Assembly (NCBI GenBank): GCA_963716255.1
Contig: OY970303.1
Location: 1,600,001 to 1,664,000, forward strand
Origin: an uncultured Gemmatimonadales bacterium
GTDB taxonomy: Bacteria > Gemmatimonadota > Gemmatimonadetes > Longimicrobiales > Longimicrobiaceae
Reading direction: 5' to 3'
DNA: 64,000 bases
The notes beneath the pieces are model-generated. The model saw only the letters and a list, made by a program, of their open reading frames with translations, searched no databases and was not told the origin of the DNA. Positions 1 to 8,973 of this stretch are shown here, piece by piece. How positions within the stretch are numbered: the first letter of the stretch is position 1; every line of letters begins with the position of its first letter. A program made the position numbers and the translations under genes.

Positions 1-1737
1 CCCGTCAAGGAAGCCGACGCCGGGGCGGTGAGCGCGCAGGTGCTGGAGCTGCTCGCCATCCGCGACGGCCACTTCGAGCTGAGCGCCGACCTCACCGGCG
101 CCGTGGCCGAGGTCCAGGCCCAGGTGGACGCGCTGCTGGAGGGGGTGCGCGCGCTGGACCCCCGCGGGCACCTGCAGCGCCTGGACGAGGCGCTGGCAGG
201 GGTGGCGGCGCGGGTGCGCGAGCTGGCCCCGCAGCTCGGCCTGGAGCCGGTGCAGGAAGCGGTGGACGCGGTGCGCGGCGCGGTGGCCGGCTTCGACCTG
301 GAGGCCCAGATCGCGCCGGTGCAGGCGGCGTTCGACCAGGTGCTCGCCGCGATCGACGAGTACTCGCCCGTGCGGCTGGTGGAGCCGGTGGAGCGCGCCC
401 TGGACGAGGCCCGCGGCCGGCTGGTGGAGCTGGTGCGCCTGGCGGAGTGGGAGCCCACGCTGGACGGGCTGGTGGAGCAGGCCCGCGGCGTCCTGGACCG
501 GCTGGACCCCGCCCTGCTGGAGCCGCGCATCCGCGCCGCCCTGGGCGAGGCGCTGTCGCTGCTGGACGGCCTCCCGCAGCTGCCGGTGGGGGCCGGGCTG
601 GGCGCCATCGTCGCCGCGCTCTATTCCGGGAGTGGGCGGGTGATCCACGCCTCGTCGTTCGAGCCGGTGATGGGGTGGCTGGGCGAGAGCGCGTCCGGGT
701 CGGCGGCGCTGAACGCGCGCGCCATCCGCGTCTCCGACAACGTGCAGCGCACCCGCGCCGCCGTGGTGGAGCTGGAGCTGGACGCCGCCGCAGGCGACGC
801 CGCGGCCGGGCGGCGCGCCCTGCTCGCCGCGGTGGACGGGCTCCCCGCGGGCCCCGGCCGCGACCGCCTGCGCGCCGCCGCCGAGGGCGTCCGGGCCGAC
901 GAGGTGCTGGCCGGGCTGTCCGCCGGGCGCGCCCGCTACCTGGAGCGCCTGGGCGCCTCCGCCGGCGCCGCGGAAACGCTGCGCCGCACCGGCTTCTCGG
1001 AGGTGGACGTGGGGGCCGCCCGCTTCCGCGCCGCGGTGGGCCCCTTCGGCACGCTGGGGGGCTTCCTGCGCGGCATCCTGGCCCGCCTGGGGATCACCAG
1101 CGTGGAGGGCGGCCTTCCCGGGGTGCTCCGCGCCGTCCTGTCGGTGGCGCCGCCGGAGCGGCTTGCCGGGATCGTGGTGCCGGTGTACGCCGCCTTCCGC
1201 GAGCGGGTGGAGGCGCTGCTGGACGCCGTCGCCGACCCCGTCCGCGAGGCCATCCGGCAGATCCGCGCCTTGGTGGACGCCGTGGACCTCACCCCCCTGC
1301 GCGAGGCCGTGCAGGAGGCCGTGGACGCAGCCAAGGAAGAGGTGGGCGCGCTGTCGCCCGCCGTGCTGCTGGCGGTCCCCATCGCCTCGTTCAACGCCCT
1401 TCGCGAGGAGCTGGCCGGCTTCAACCCGGTGGGCGACCTGGTGGCCCTGCTGGAGGCGGTGCGCGACGCCGCGGCGCGCCTGCTGGACAAGCTCTCGGCG
1501 GAGCGCCTGCTGGCCAGCCCGCTCGCCATCTACGACCACGTGCTGGCCCAGCTGGAGCAGTTCCAGGTGGCCACGCTGCTGGCGTCGCTCCTGGTGCAGC
1601 TGGACGGCGTGGCCGCGGGGGTGGAGGACGGCCTCGCCCGCACGGTGGAAGCGTTCGTGCGCCTGCAGGCCGCGCTCCCCGGCGGCGGCGGGGGATCGTC
1701 GGTGTCGGTGTCCGCCTCCATCACCCTGGCCGCCTGA
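1..1737 (+). CDS. Ala/Leu-rich amphipathic helical-repeat protein, cassette copy 1 (A1), 5'-truncated by the window edge
   Basis: Open frame from base 1 (PVKEADAGAVSAQ...) is colinear with the C-terminal half of 8974..12321. Shared blocks include PVKEADAGAV, AETLRRTGF, LLASPLAIYDH and LQAALPGGGGG. Confidence 0.85.
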   Translation, partial: PVKEADAGAVSAQVLELLAIRDGHFELSADLTGAVAEVQAQVDALLEGVRALDPRGHLQRLDEALAGVAARVRELAPQLGLEPVQEAVDAVRGAVAGFDLEAQIAPVQAAFDQVLAAIDEYSPVRLVEPVERALDEARGRLVELVRLAEWEPTLDGLVEQARGVLDRLDPALLEPRIRAALGEALSLLDGLPQLPVGAGLGAIVAALYSGSGRVIHASSFEPVMGWLGESASGSAALNARAIRVSDNVQRTRAAVVELELDAAAGDAAAGRRALLAAVDGLPAGPGRDRLRAAAEGVRADEVLAGLSAGRARYLERLGASAGAAETLRRTGFSEVDVGAARFRAAVGPFGTLGGFLRGILARLGITSVEGGLPGVLRAVLSVAPPERLAGIVVPVYAAFRERVEALLDAVADPVREAIRQIRALVDAVDLTPLREAVQEAVDAAKEEVGALSPAVLLAVPIASFNALREELAGFNPVGDLVALLEAVRDAAARLLDKLSAERLLASPLAIYDHVLAQLEQFQVATLLASLLVQLDGVAAGVEDGLARTVEAFVRLQAALPGGGGGSSVSVSASITLAA

Positions 1738-1744
1738 GGCGCGC

Positions 1745-4700
1745 ATGGCCGGACCCCTCACCCACGCCGCCATCCTGCTGCTGGCCCGCGACCGCATCGC
1801 CGAAGTGCGCGACACGCTCCAGGCGCGCAAGGCGGCCGGGCACACCCTGCACCCGGTGGAGGAGCGCATCCGCGAGCTGGCGGACCGCACCTACGCCATG
1901 CTGGGGGCGGGCACCGCGCCGCCGGAGGGCTCGTTCCCCGTGCGCCCGCTGGGGACCACGGTGGGCGCCGGGATCTCGCGCTTCGCGTTGATGGGCTCCA
2001 TGGGGCCCGCCATCCCGGCGTTCTCGTCGCTGCTCACCCCGTACCAGGACTGGACCGCGCGCCTGGTCCACTCCGGCAACGCCGACCCCAACCGCGAGCG
2101 GGTGCTGTCCGGGAGCACCGACTTCGCCCTGCGCTTCTGGACCGAGGCCCGGCGCGAGATCGCGGCGATCCCCGCGGGTGAGCAGCCCGCGGCGACCGGG
2201 AACGCGCGCGCCTTCGTGCTGGGGTGGCTGTCGCACGTCGCGGCGGACGTGGTCACCGCCCCCTTCCTGGACGGCTACCGCTGGGGGATCCGCCCCAAGT
2301 CGCGGCTGCGCTTCGCCGAGGACGGCCGCGCCGCGCTGGAGGCCGAGGTGCGCCTGGACGCCCTGGTCGCGCGCCAGGTCATGCTGCGGGACAGCACCCG
2401 CTCCGGGGTGCGCTGGAGCGAGTGGTTCCCCCCCACCGACGACGTCAAGGACCACTTCTTCGCCGCGTACCACGCCACGCTGGAGCGGCTGTACCACGCG
2501 GAAACGGCGCCGCCACAGGGGTACGGCGACTTCGAGGACCGCTACGACGCGTACCCGCGCCCGGCCGCGTCGGCCGCGTCGCTGAAGAGCGGCTACCGCA
2601 CCTTCCGCGACTGGGCGCTCCCGCTGGCGTACGACCACACCTTCTGGGGCTTCTGGGTGTGGATGGCGGGTGCCTTCTTCGCCGTGCCGCTGCTCGTGGT
2701 GCCGCCGTTCATCCTGGTGCTGGAGGAGGGGCGGAAGCAGCTGGTCCCCCGCGACCCGGGCCACGACTCCGAGCAGGCGTGGTACGAGCTTCTCGCCCTG
2801 CCGCTGTTCCTGTCCTCGTGGATCCCGCCGCTGGCGGGGCTGGTGCTCTTCAACCCGCTCACGACCCACGAGGGCGGGGTGTACTTCTGGCTCTCGTTCG
2901 CGCTGTCCATCGTCAGCACCGCGCTCTCGGCCACGGGGTTCGGGCTGGCGGTGGACGGCACGAAGGTGGATCCCTGGGTGCGCTGGGGGATGCTGCTCGG
3001 GATCCCCATGGCGCTGCTGGTGGTGCACCTGGTCTTCCTGTTCCGCGACCTGGGCCCCAGCGAGCGGCGCACCCACCGGCTCCTCCCCTTCCTGTTCCTG
3101 ATCCCGCTGTTCGTCCTGGCGCTGTCGCTGGCGCTGCACCTGGTCCTCCACCGCCTCTTCGCCGAGGCGGCGGCCGATTCGGACGACCTCACGGACCCGG
3201 CGCCGTTCTGGATCACCTACGCGGCGTGGCTGGTGATCGGGATCGTGCTGTGGGCGGTGACGGCGCACTGGCTGCGCGACTGGATCGTCCCCGAGTCCCC
3301 GGGCGACCACGCCGCGCTGCGCCCCCGCACCGTGCGCCTGTTCGACGACGCCACGCTGCACCGCCTCCCGGACGCGCAGGGCGGACGCCACTTCCCGGCC
3401 GGGCGACGCCGGCTGCTCAAGCTGTGGTGGGAGGGGGGCGGCGACCTGTGGGTGCGCTCCGACCGCACGCACCTGCTCTTCAGCACCTCGTCCGACGGCG
3501 CCACCCCGCAGGTGGTGCCCGCGCCGCTCGCGCCCATGACGGTGCAGGAGTTCGGCGAGTTCCTGCGGCGGCGGGTGCTGGACGGCGCGACGCCGGGCAG
3601 GCTCCGCTGGGCGCTGGCCGACAACCGCGACCGCGAGCTGGACTACGAGCTGCCGCCCGGCGCCGCCTTCGCCGACGCGGGCGACGAGGACGACGTGGAG
3701 CTCGCCTCCCACGACGGCAAGGCCGCGAAGTGGACCAAGCTGGCCCACTCCGCCGACGACAGCGACTTCTACCTGTACCACGCCCCCAAGCCCGTGCAGT
3801 CGGTGTTCTGGGGGCCGGGCGGCCCGGTGTCGCCGGAGCGCTTCCGCTCGTCCGAGGCGGCCGGGCCCGCGGGGACCACCGTGCAGGTGCCCGCCGCCGA
3901 CCTGGCCGCCGTCGTGGGCGCCGGCACCACCTTCTTCAGCTTCTTCCGCCCCGGCGACGTCGTCCAGATCGGCGACCACAAGCGCGCGGTGCGCGAGGTG
4001 GTGGACGACACCCGGCTGCGGGTCTCGCTCCCCTTCCCCGCCGCGGTGGCCGCCGGGACCGCGTACAAGCGGCTGGCGATCGACCGCTTCCGCGACGTGG
4101 AAGGGCCGGGGCTGGTGGAAGGGATGAACGACGGGGGGAGCTACCTCCTGAAGGGGCTCCGCGGCACCCGCTTCGGCGAGACCTTCATCCCCGGCGACCG
4201 CATCCGGGTGCACGACGGCGACTTCCACCAGGTGCGCACCGTCCACACCATCGTGTCCGACGAGCTGCTGAGCGTGGACCAGCCGTTCCGCCCCGGCATC
4301 AGCTCGCCCGTGGTGGGGGGGAGCGACTACGAGCGCCTGGGCGCCGACGACGCGCTGGGATACACGTTCGCGCCCGGCTCGCCCGACGGCGACCTGCCCG
4401 ACGACTCGCTGATGGCGCACGCCGCGGACCTGGCCGCGCTGCTCTGCATGGGCGCCGCCACCCACCTGCAGGACCCGCCCCCCGCCGAGGCCGACCGGGT
4501 GTGGCAGGTGTTCCGGAACTGGAACCTGGACCGGCGCAGGGCCAACGAGTGGCAGATGCTGGTGGCCGGCGGCGCGGTGAGCGAAAAGGAGTTCGGCCAC
4601 GCCGAGCGTCGCGACCCGGCCATGCCCGAGGGCGCCCCCGACACCCGCACCCCCGCGGGCGAGGCCACGGCGACCCGGCACGGCTGGGTCCCGGTGATGC

Positions 4701-4840
4701 GCCAGTGGCTGGAGATGCACCGCCGCGGCGAGGAGCAGCTGAAGATGGCGGCCCGCCGTCCCGGGGACCCCACCAACCACCAGCTCACCCAGGCGATGGG
4801 CTTCCTGCTCAACCTGGACGTGCCGGCCGGCATCCCGTAA
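1745..4840 (+). CDS. Zn-dependent phospholipase C-like N-domain + multi-TM region + tandem tail-like beta modules (B1)
   Basis: ATG at 1745 (MAGPLTH). Motifs GSMGPAIP and GWLSHVAADVV, a run of hydrophobic helices at ~2640-3270, two F-[RI]-PGD modules, and C-terminal VFRNWNLDRRRANEW. Paralog of 12326..15463. Confidence 0.75.
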   Translation: MAGPLTHAAILLLARDRIAEVRDTLQARKAAGHTLHPVEERIRELADRTYAMLGAGTAPPEGSFPVRPLGTTVGAGISRFALMGSMGPAIPAFSSLLTPYQDWTARLVHSGNADPNRERVLSGSTDFALRFWTEARREIAAIPAGEQPAATGNARAFVLGWLSHVAADVVTAPFLDGYRWGIRPKSRLRFAEDGRAALEAEVRLDALVARQVMLRDSTRSGVRWSEWFPPTDDVKDHFFAAYHATLERLYHAETAPPQGYGDFEDRYDAYPRPAASAASLKSGYRTFRDWALPLAYDHTFWGFWVWMAGAFFAVPLLVVPPFILVLEEGRKQLVPRDPGHDSEQAWYELLALPLFLSSWIPPLAGLVLFNPLTTHEGGVYFWLSFALSIVSTALSATGFGLAVDGTKVDPWVRWGMLLGIPMALLVVHLVFLFRDLGPSERRTHRLLPFLFLIPLFVLALSLALHLVLHRLFAEAAADSDDLTDPAPFWITYAAWLVIGIVLWAVTAHWLRDWIVPESPGDHAALRPRTVRLFDDATLHRLPDAQGGRHFPAGRRRLLKLWWEGGGDLWVRSDRTHLLFSTSSDGATPQVVPAPLAPMTVQEFGEFLRRRVLDGATPGRLRWALADNRDRELDYELPPGAAFADAGDEDDVELASHDGKAAKWTKLAHSADDSDFYLYHAPKPVQSVFWGPGGPVSPERFRSSEAAGPAGTTVQVPAADLAAVVGAGTTFFSFFRPGDVVQIGDHKRAVREVVDDTRLRVSLPFPAAVAAGTAYKRLAIDRFRDVEGPGLVEGMNDGGSYLLKGLRGTRFGETFIPGDRIRVHDGDFHQVRTVHTIVSDELLSVDQPFRPGISSPVVGGSDYERLGADDALGYTFAPGSPDGDLPDDSLMAHAADLAALLCMGAATHLQDPPPAEADRVWQVFRNWNLDRRRANEWQMLVAGGAVSEKEFGHAERRDPAMPEGAPDTRTPAGEATATRHGWVPVMRQWLEMHRRGEEQLKMAARRPGDPTNHQLTQAMGFLLNLDVPAGIP

Positions 4841-4856
4841 CCCACTCCGCGCACCC

Positions 4857-7800
4857 ATGTCCGACGAGTACGTGGACGACCCGCTCGCCCGCACCCAGAC
4901 CTTCTACCGGAGGATGGGGATCAGCGAGAACGCCTACCCCACCGCCCTGGACGGCGCGCTGGCGCACGCCACCGCGGGCGCGGCGGCGGCGCCACCCGCG
5001 CACCACTGGGTGCCCATCGGCCCGCGGAGCATCGGGGGGCGGGTCCGCACGCTGGTGCAGCACCCGTCCCGGCCGCTCGTCTTCTACGCGGGGAGCGCGC
5101 ACGGCGGGGTGTGGCGCACGGCGGACGGCGGAGACACCTGGACCCCCGTGGGGAACCCGGAGCACGCCCTTCCCGTGGGCGCGCTCGGCGCATCCGGCCA
5201 GCACCCGGACGTTGTGTACGTGGGCACCGGCGACCCGGTGTCCTTCAAGGTCGGCGGGCGCGGCCTGTTCCGCTTCGACCTGGCGCCGGGCGCCCCCCAC
5301 CCGTTCCTGCAGCTCGCCACCCCCGGCGTCTCCTCGCGGCGCTTCACCGGGATCGCCGTGGACCCCGACGACGGCAACCGCTTCTGGGCCGCGTCCCCCG
5401 GCGGGCTGTGGCGCTGCCAGGTGGCCCCGCCCGTGGGCGCGGCCCCGCCGGTGCCCACCCTCACCCGGGAGTTCGCGCCCGGCGTCGCCCCGGCCGGCCC
5501 CCCGCCCGGGGAGACCGCGCTCGCGGCGTTCCCGGCCATGGCGGGCGGCAGCTACGCCACCGACGTGCTGGTGGTGCCGGACACCCGCAGCGCCGCCACC
5601 GTGAACATCGGCGGCCGCGTGGTGCCGCAGTACCTGCTGGTCTACGTCGCCATTTCCGGGCAGGGGCTGTACCGGGGACGGCTGGACCGCGGCAGCGCGC
5701 CGCCGTTCACCATGCAGTGGCGCGACCGCCTCCCGCTTCCCACCCCCTCCAGCTTCACCCGGGTGCTGGTGGCCGCCTGCCGGACGCAGCCGCAGCACCT
5801 GTACGCCGTGGCGGCCGAGGGGGGCAACTCCGGGGACAAGGCCACCGAGGTCTACTACTCCTCGGACCACGGCGACAGCTGGGAAAAGCGCAGCCACCTG
5901 CCGGGCGGACGAGGCCAGGCGTGGTACAGCATGATGCTGTTCGTCCACCCGGAAAACCCGCGCGTGGTCGTGCACGGCACGGTGGACGTGTACCGCAGCT
6001 CCGACGGGGCGAAGAGCTGGTCCATGCTCCTGGACTGGGAGGACTACGACCGGGGCGACCGCGCGCGCCACGCCGACCAGCACTGGGGCTTCTTCGACCG
6101 CTTCGACCACAACCGGCTCTGGCTCGCCAACGACGGGGGGATCTCCACGGGCGACCTTCGCCGCCCCCCCGGGGCGCGCGGCTTCTGGCGCAAGCGCAGC
6201 CACGGGATCGCCGCGGCCCAGTTCAACGACATCACGGTGCACCCCCGCCACGGGTGGATCACCGGGGGCGGGCTCCAGGACAACGGGAGCTACCTGAGCT
6301 ACGGCGGCGACTCGTGGTACCGGGTGGGGGGCGGAGACGGGGGCTCGCTCTCGTTCGACGCCCTGGACCCGCGCCGCTACTACCTGTCCACGGCGGCGGG
6401 GGGCGGGGGCTACATGTGGCGCGCGGACGTGGCGTCGGCGCTGGAAAAGGTCAGGGACTACGCCTACGTCACCTACGTCATGCCCGAGGCGCCGGTGGCG
6501 AGCGGCGTCTACAAGGTGCTCAACAAGATCCTCAGCATGCCCGACGGGGCCGACAACGGCCTCTTCTACGGCATCCACGGGGGGCACCCCTCCCGGGCCG
6601 GGCACCTGCTGGTGGGGCGCAAGCTGGCCGCGTGGCTCACCACGGACGGCGGCGACCACTTCCGCAAGATGCAGACGGGCGACTTCCGCCCGGCGGGCTC
6701 GGCAGTGAGCGTGGTGGCCTACTCGCCCGGCGCCCCCGACGAGGAGTTCTGGATCGGGACCGACGGCGGGGAGGTGTACCGCACCAGCAACGCGGCCGTG
6801 GTCCTGGCCGCGAGCCCCGCCGACCCCGCGTGGACCGACCACACCCCACGTCCGCCTCCGCCGCCCCCTCCACCGCCGCCCGCTCCGCCCCCGCCCCCCG
6901 CGCCGCCGGGCCCGCCCCTGTGGGGAGCCGGCAACGTGGTGATGGGGATGGACTTCGACTCCACGCGCACCCGCGACGCGGCCAACCGCCCCGCGCGCGC
7001 CGCCGTGGCCGTGGGCCAGCAGGTGTGGCTGTGGGACGACGGCTGGGCGGGGAACGGCTGGCTGAACATCTCGGGGGGCGGGGCCACGGGGCTGCCGCCG
7101 TGCCCGGTCACCAGCGTCGCCTTCGACCCCCGCAACCCGGGCGTGCTGTACGCCGGGACGCTGGCGGCCGTGTACGTGTGCACGCCGCTCCCCGCCGTCC
7201 CGGCCCCGCCCGGAGTGGGCGGCAAGCCGCCGATCCCCGGGACCGGCGCCGCGCCCGCGTTCGTGCCCCGGTGGGCGCCCTTCCACCAGGGGATGCCGCT
7301 GGTGCTGGTCACCGACCTGCACGTCCTCCCGGACCCCGCCTCCGCGGTGCCCGCCTCGCTGCTGCGCGCCGCGACCTACGGCCGGGGAATGTTCGAGTGC
7401 CACCTCACCCCGGCGCCGCCGGGGGCGTGGGTGGACCCGGAAACGCTGCTGTACGTCCGCCAGTACGCCATCGACGACGGGATCCACCCCCGCCAGGCCC
7501 CCGCCGCGCTGGGCGCCGCGCCGCTCCAGGGCGACCCGCGGTCCGCCGCCGGACAGCTCCCCTTCGACCTGGTGAGCGGCTACGACATCCGCGTGGACGC
7601 GCCGCCCTACACCTGGCTGGAGGACACGGTGGACCCGGTGGAGTTCGACGAGGACCTGGGAACGGACCCGCTGGTCCCCGGCGAGGTCAACTTCGTCTAC
7701 GTGCAGGTGCACAACCGCGGGTGGGGGACGGCCGCCGCCACCGAGGTGCACCTGTTCTTCGCCGGCCTTCCCATCCCCGCGCCCGGCGCCGCGCCGGCCG

Positions 7801-8669
7801 TCCCCGCCCTCCCGGCCTGGGCCGGCTTCCCCGCCGACCCGGCGCCCGCCCCCTGGGCGCGGGCGGGGGCGGCGCCGCTCGCCGTGGACCTGCGCGCCGG
7901 CGAGCCCCGGGTGGTGAGGTTCGACTGGGTCCCGCCGGCGGCCGTGGCGGGGCTCCGGGTGGCGCTGCTGGCGGTGGTCCGGCGCGCCGCGGACGCGCCC
8001 GCGCTCCCCGCCGCGGGACAGGCCGCCGACGCCTTTTTGCTCGCCAACCGCCACGCGTCGCTGCGCGTGGTGGCGGCGGGCGACTTCTTCCCCGTGTACG
8101 TGCGCGACGGCGTGGAGGACAGCGGCCACTCCGGCGACGTGGCGTGGGGCGGGCGGAGCCCCGACATCCTCGTGGTGTCGCCCCCCGCCGCGCCCCCTGC
8201 CGACCCGCACGCCGCCTTCGCCGACCGCGCCGACGCGCGCTCCGGCGACCGCCTCAAGGGCGGGGGCGACAACACCCTGTACGTGCGGGTCCACAACCCG
8301 TCGCGCCTCGCCGTGGACGTGGACGTGGAACTGTTCCAGGCGGTCGCGGACCACGACGCCTTCAAGCGCAGCGAGTGGACCGCGGTGACTCCCGTCGCCC
8401 CCGTCGCCGGGAGTCCCACCCGCACGCGCCTCCCGGTCCCGGCGGGGGACTACGCGCTGGCGGCCTTCCGCTTCAACCCGCCGGACCCCGACCCCGCGGG
8501 CGACCCGGCCTACAAGGCGTACCAGCTGGTGGCGCTGGTGCACGCGCCGCCCGCTTCGCCCCTCCCCGACCCCGCCGGCGTGGACGAGGTGGGCAAGTTC
8601 TGGACGCTGGTCCGCTCGTCGCTGGCCGCCAAGCGGGCGGCCACCCGGGCGCTCCGCTGGATCCCGTGA
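4857..8669 (+). CDS. BNR/Asp-box (sialidase/VPS10-like) beta-propeller protein with C-terminal beta-sandwich domains (C1)
   Basis: W.PIGPRSIGGRV start of the propeller, Asp-boxes (TADGGDTW, SSDHGDSW, SSDGAKSW), HADQH, NDGG, GGLQDNG, ATYGRG. C-terminal N.VYVQVHNRG and YVRVHN domains. No signal peptide. Confidence 0.8.
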   Translation: MSDEYVDDPLARTQTFYRRMGISENAYPTALDGALAHATAGAAAAPPAHHWVPIGPRSIGGRVRTLVQHPSRPLVFYAGSAHGGVWRTADGGDTWTPVGNPEHALPVGALGASGQHPDVVYVGTGDPVSFKVGGRGLFRFDLAPGAPHPFLQLATPGVSSRRFTGIAVDPDDGNRFWAASPGGLWRCQVAPPVGAAPPVPTLTREFAPGVAPAGPPPGETALAAFPAMAGGSYATDVLVVPDTRSAATVNIGGRVVPQYLLVYVAISGQGLYRGRLDRGSAPPFTMQWRDRLPLPTPSSFTRVLVAACRTQPQHLYAVAAEGGNSGDKATEVYYSSDHGDSWEKRSHLPGGRGQAWYSMMLFVHPENPRVVVHGTVDVYRSSDGAKSWSMLLDWEDYDRGDRARHADQHWGFFDRFDHNRLWLANDGGISTGDLRRPPGARGFWRKRSHGIAAAQFNDITVHPRHGWITGGGLQDNGSYLSYGGDSWYRVGGGDGGSLSFDALDPRRYYLSTAAGGGGYMWRADVASALEKVRDYAYVTYVMPEAPVASGVYKVLNKILSMPDGADNGLFYGIHGGHPSRAGHLLVGRKLAAWLTTDGGDHFRKMQTGDFRPAGSAVSVVAYSPGAPDEEFWIGTDGGEVYRTSNAAVVLAASPADPAWTDHTPRPPPPPPPPPPAPPPPPAPPGPPLWGAGNVVMGMDFDSTRTRDAANRPARAAVAVGQQVWLWDDGWAGNGWLNISGGGATGLPPCPVTSVAFDPRNPGVLYAGTLAAVYVCTPLPAVPAPPGVGGKPPIPGTGAAPAFVPRWAPFHQGMPLVLVTDLHVLPDPASAVPASLLRAATYGRGMFECHLTPAPPGAWVDPETLLYVRQYAIDDGIHPRQAPAALGAAPLQGDPRSAAGQLPFDLVSGYDIRVDAPPYTWLEDTVDPVEFDEDLGTDPLVPGEVNFVYVQVHNRGWGTAAATEVHLFFAGLPIPAPGAAPAVPALPAWAGFPADPAPAPWARAGAAPLAVDLRAGEPRVVRFDWVPPAAVAGLRVALLAVVRRAADAPALPAAGQAADAFLLANRHASLRVVAAGDFFPVYVRDGVEDSGHSGDVAWGGRSPDILVVSPPAAPPADPHAAFADRADARSGDRLKGGGDNTLYVRVHNPSRLAVDVDVELFQAVADHDAFKRSEWTAVTPVAPVAGSPTRTRLPVPAGDYALAAFRFNPPDPDPAGDPAYKAYQLVALVHAPPASPLPDPAGVDEVGKFWTLVRSSLAAKRAATRALRWIP

Positions 8670-8852
8670 GGAGGCGCGCCGTCGATCGCCGTCCCACACG
8701 GGGCACACCCTTGCGGGACACGAACGCCCCAGGTGGGGCGGAACGTACGCATGGCGCGGCGGGTGCCCGCGTGCGCCCCTGCTCCGCCGGCTCGAGCGTA
8801 GGTTCCGCCAGCGGAAGGGAGTTAGAACGGGAAGAAATGGACATCCGTTTCC

Positions 8853-8868
8853 TGGCCTGTCAGTTGCG
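8853..8868 (+). promoter_or_regulatory. Candidate sigma-54 (-24/-12) promoter upstream of cassette 2 and the injection-system operon
   Basis: TGGCCTGTCAGTTGCG has the exact GG-N10-GC spacing of TGGCAC-N5-TTGC. It lies in the only large gap of the 5' region, ~105 nt before the ATG at 8974. Confidence 0.4.
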
Positions 8869-8973
8869 CGTCCGGCCCGCGTCCACCCGATGCGCCCCGG
8901 CCGGGCTCGCCCACCGCCCCCGCAGACCGAGCATGCCGCGCAGCTCCCGCTCCACCCCCGTTCCGCTCCGCGC

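Noticed and set aside
1163..1744. N-terminal extensions given by the ORF track (also 8890, 26443, 28558, 42643, 44150, 52381)
   Set aside because: They overlap upstream genes or repeats. Paralog alignment, RBS position and stop/start coupling support the later starts used here.
6850..6915. C-rich tract as a DNA repeat or contingency locus
   Set aside because: It encodes an in-frame poly-Pro linker with mixed codons. The poly-Gln tract at ~40477-40512 is likewise a mixed CAG/CAA linker.
8700..8715. Additional sigma-54 motif GGGCACACCCTTGC
   Set aside because: Spacing between GGCAC and TTGC is one base short of the strict -24/-12 requirement.
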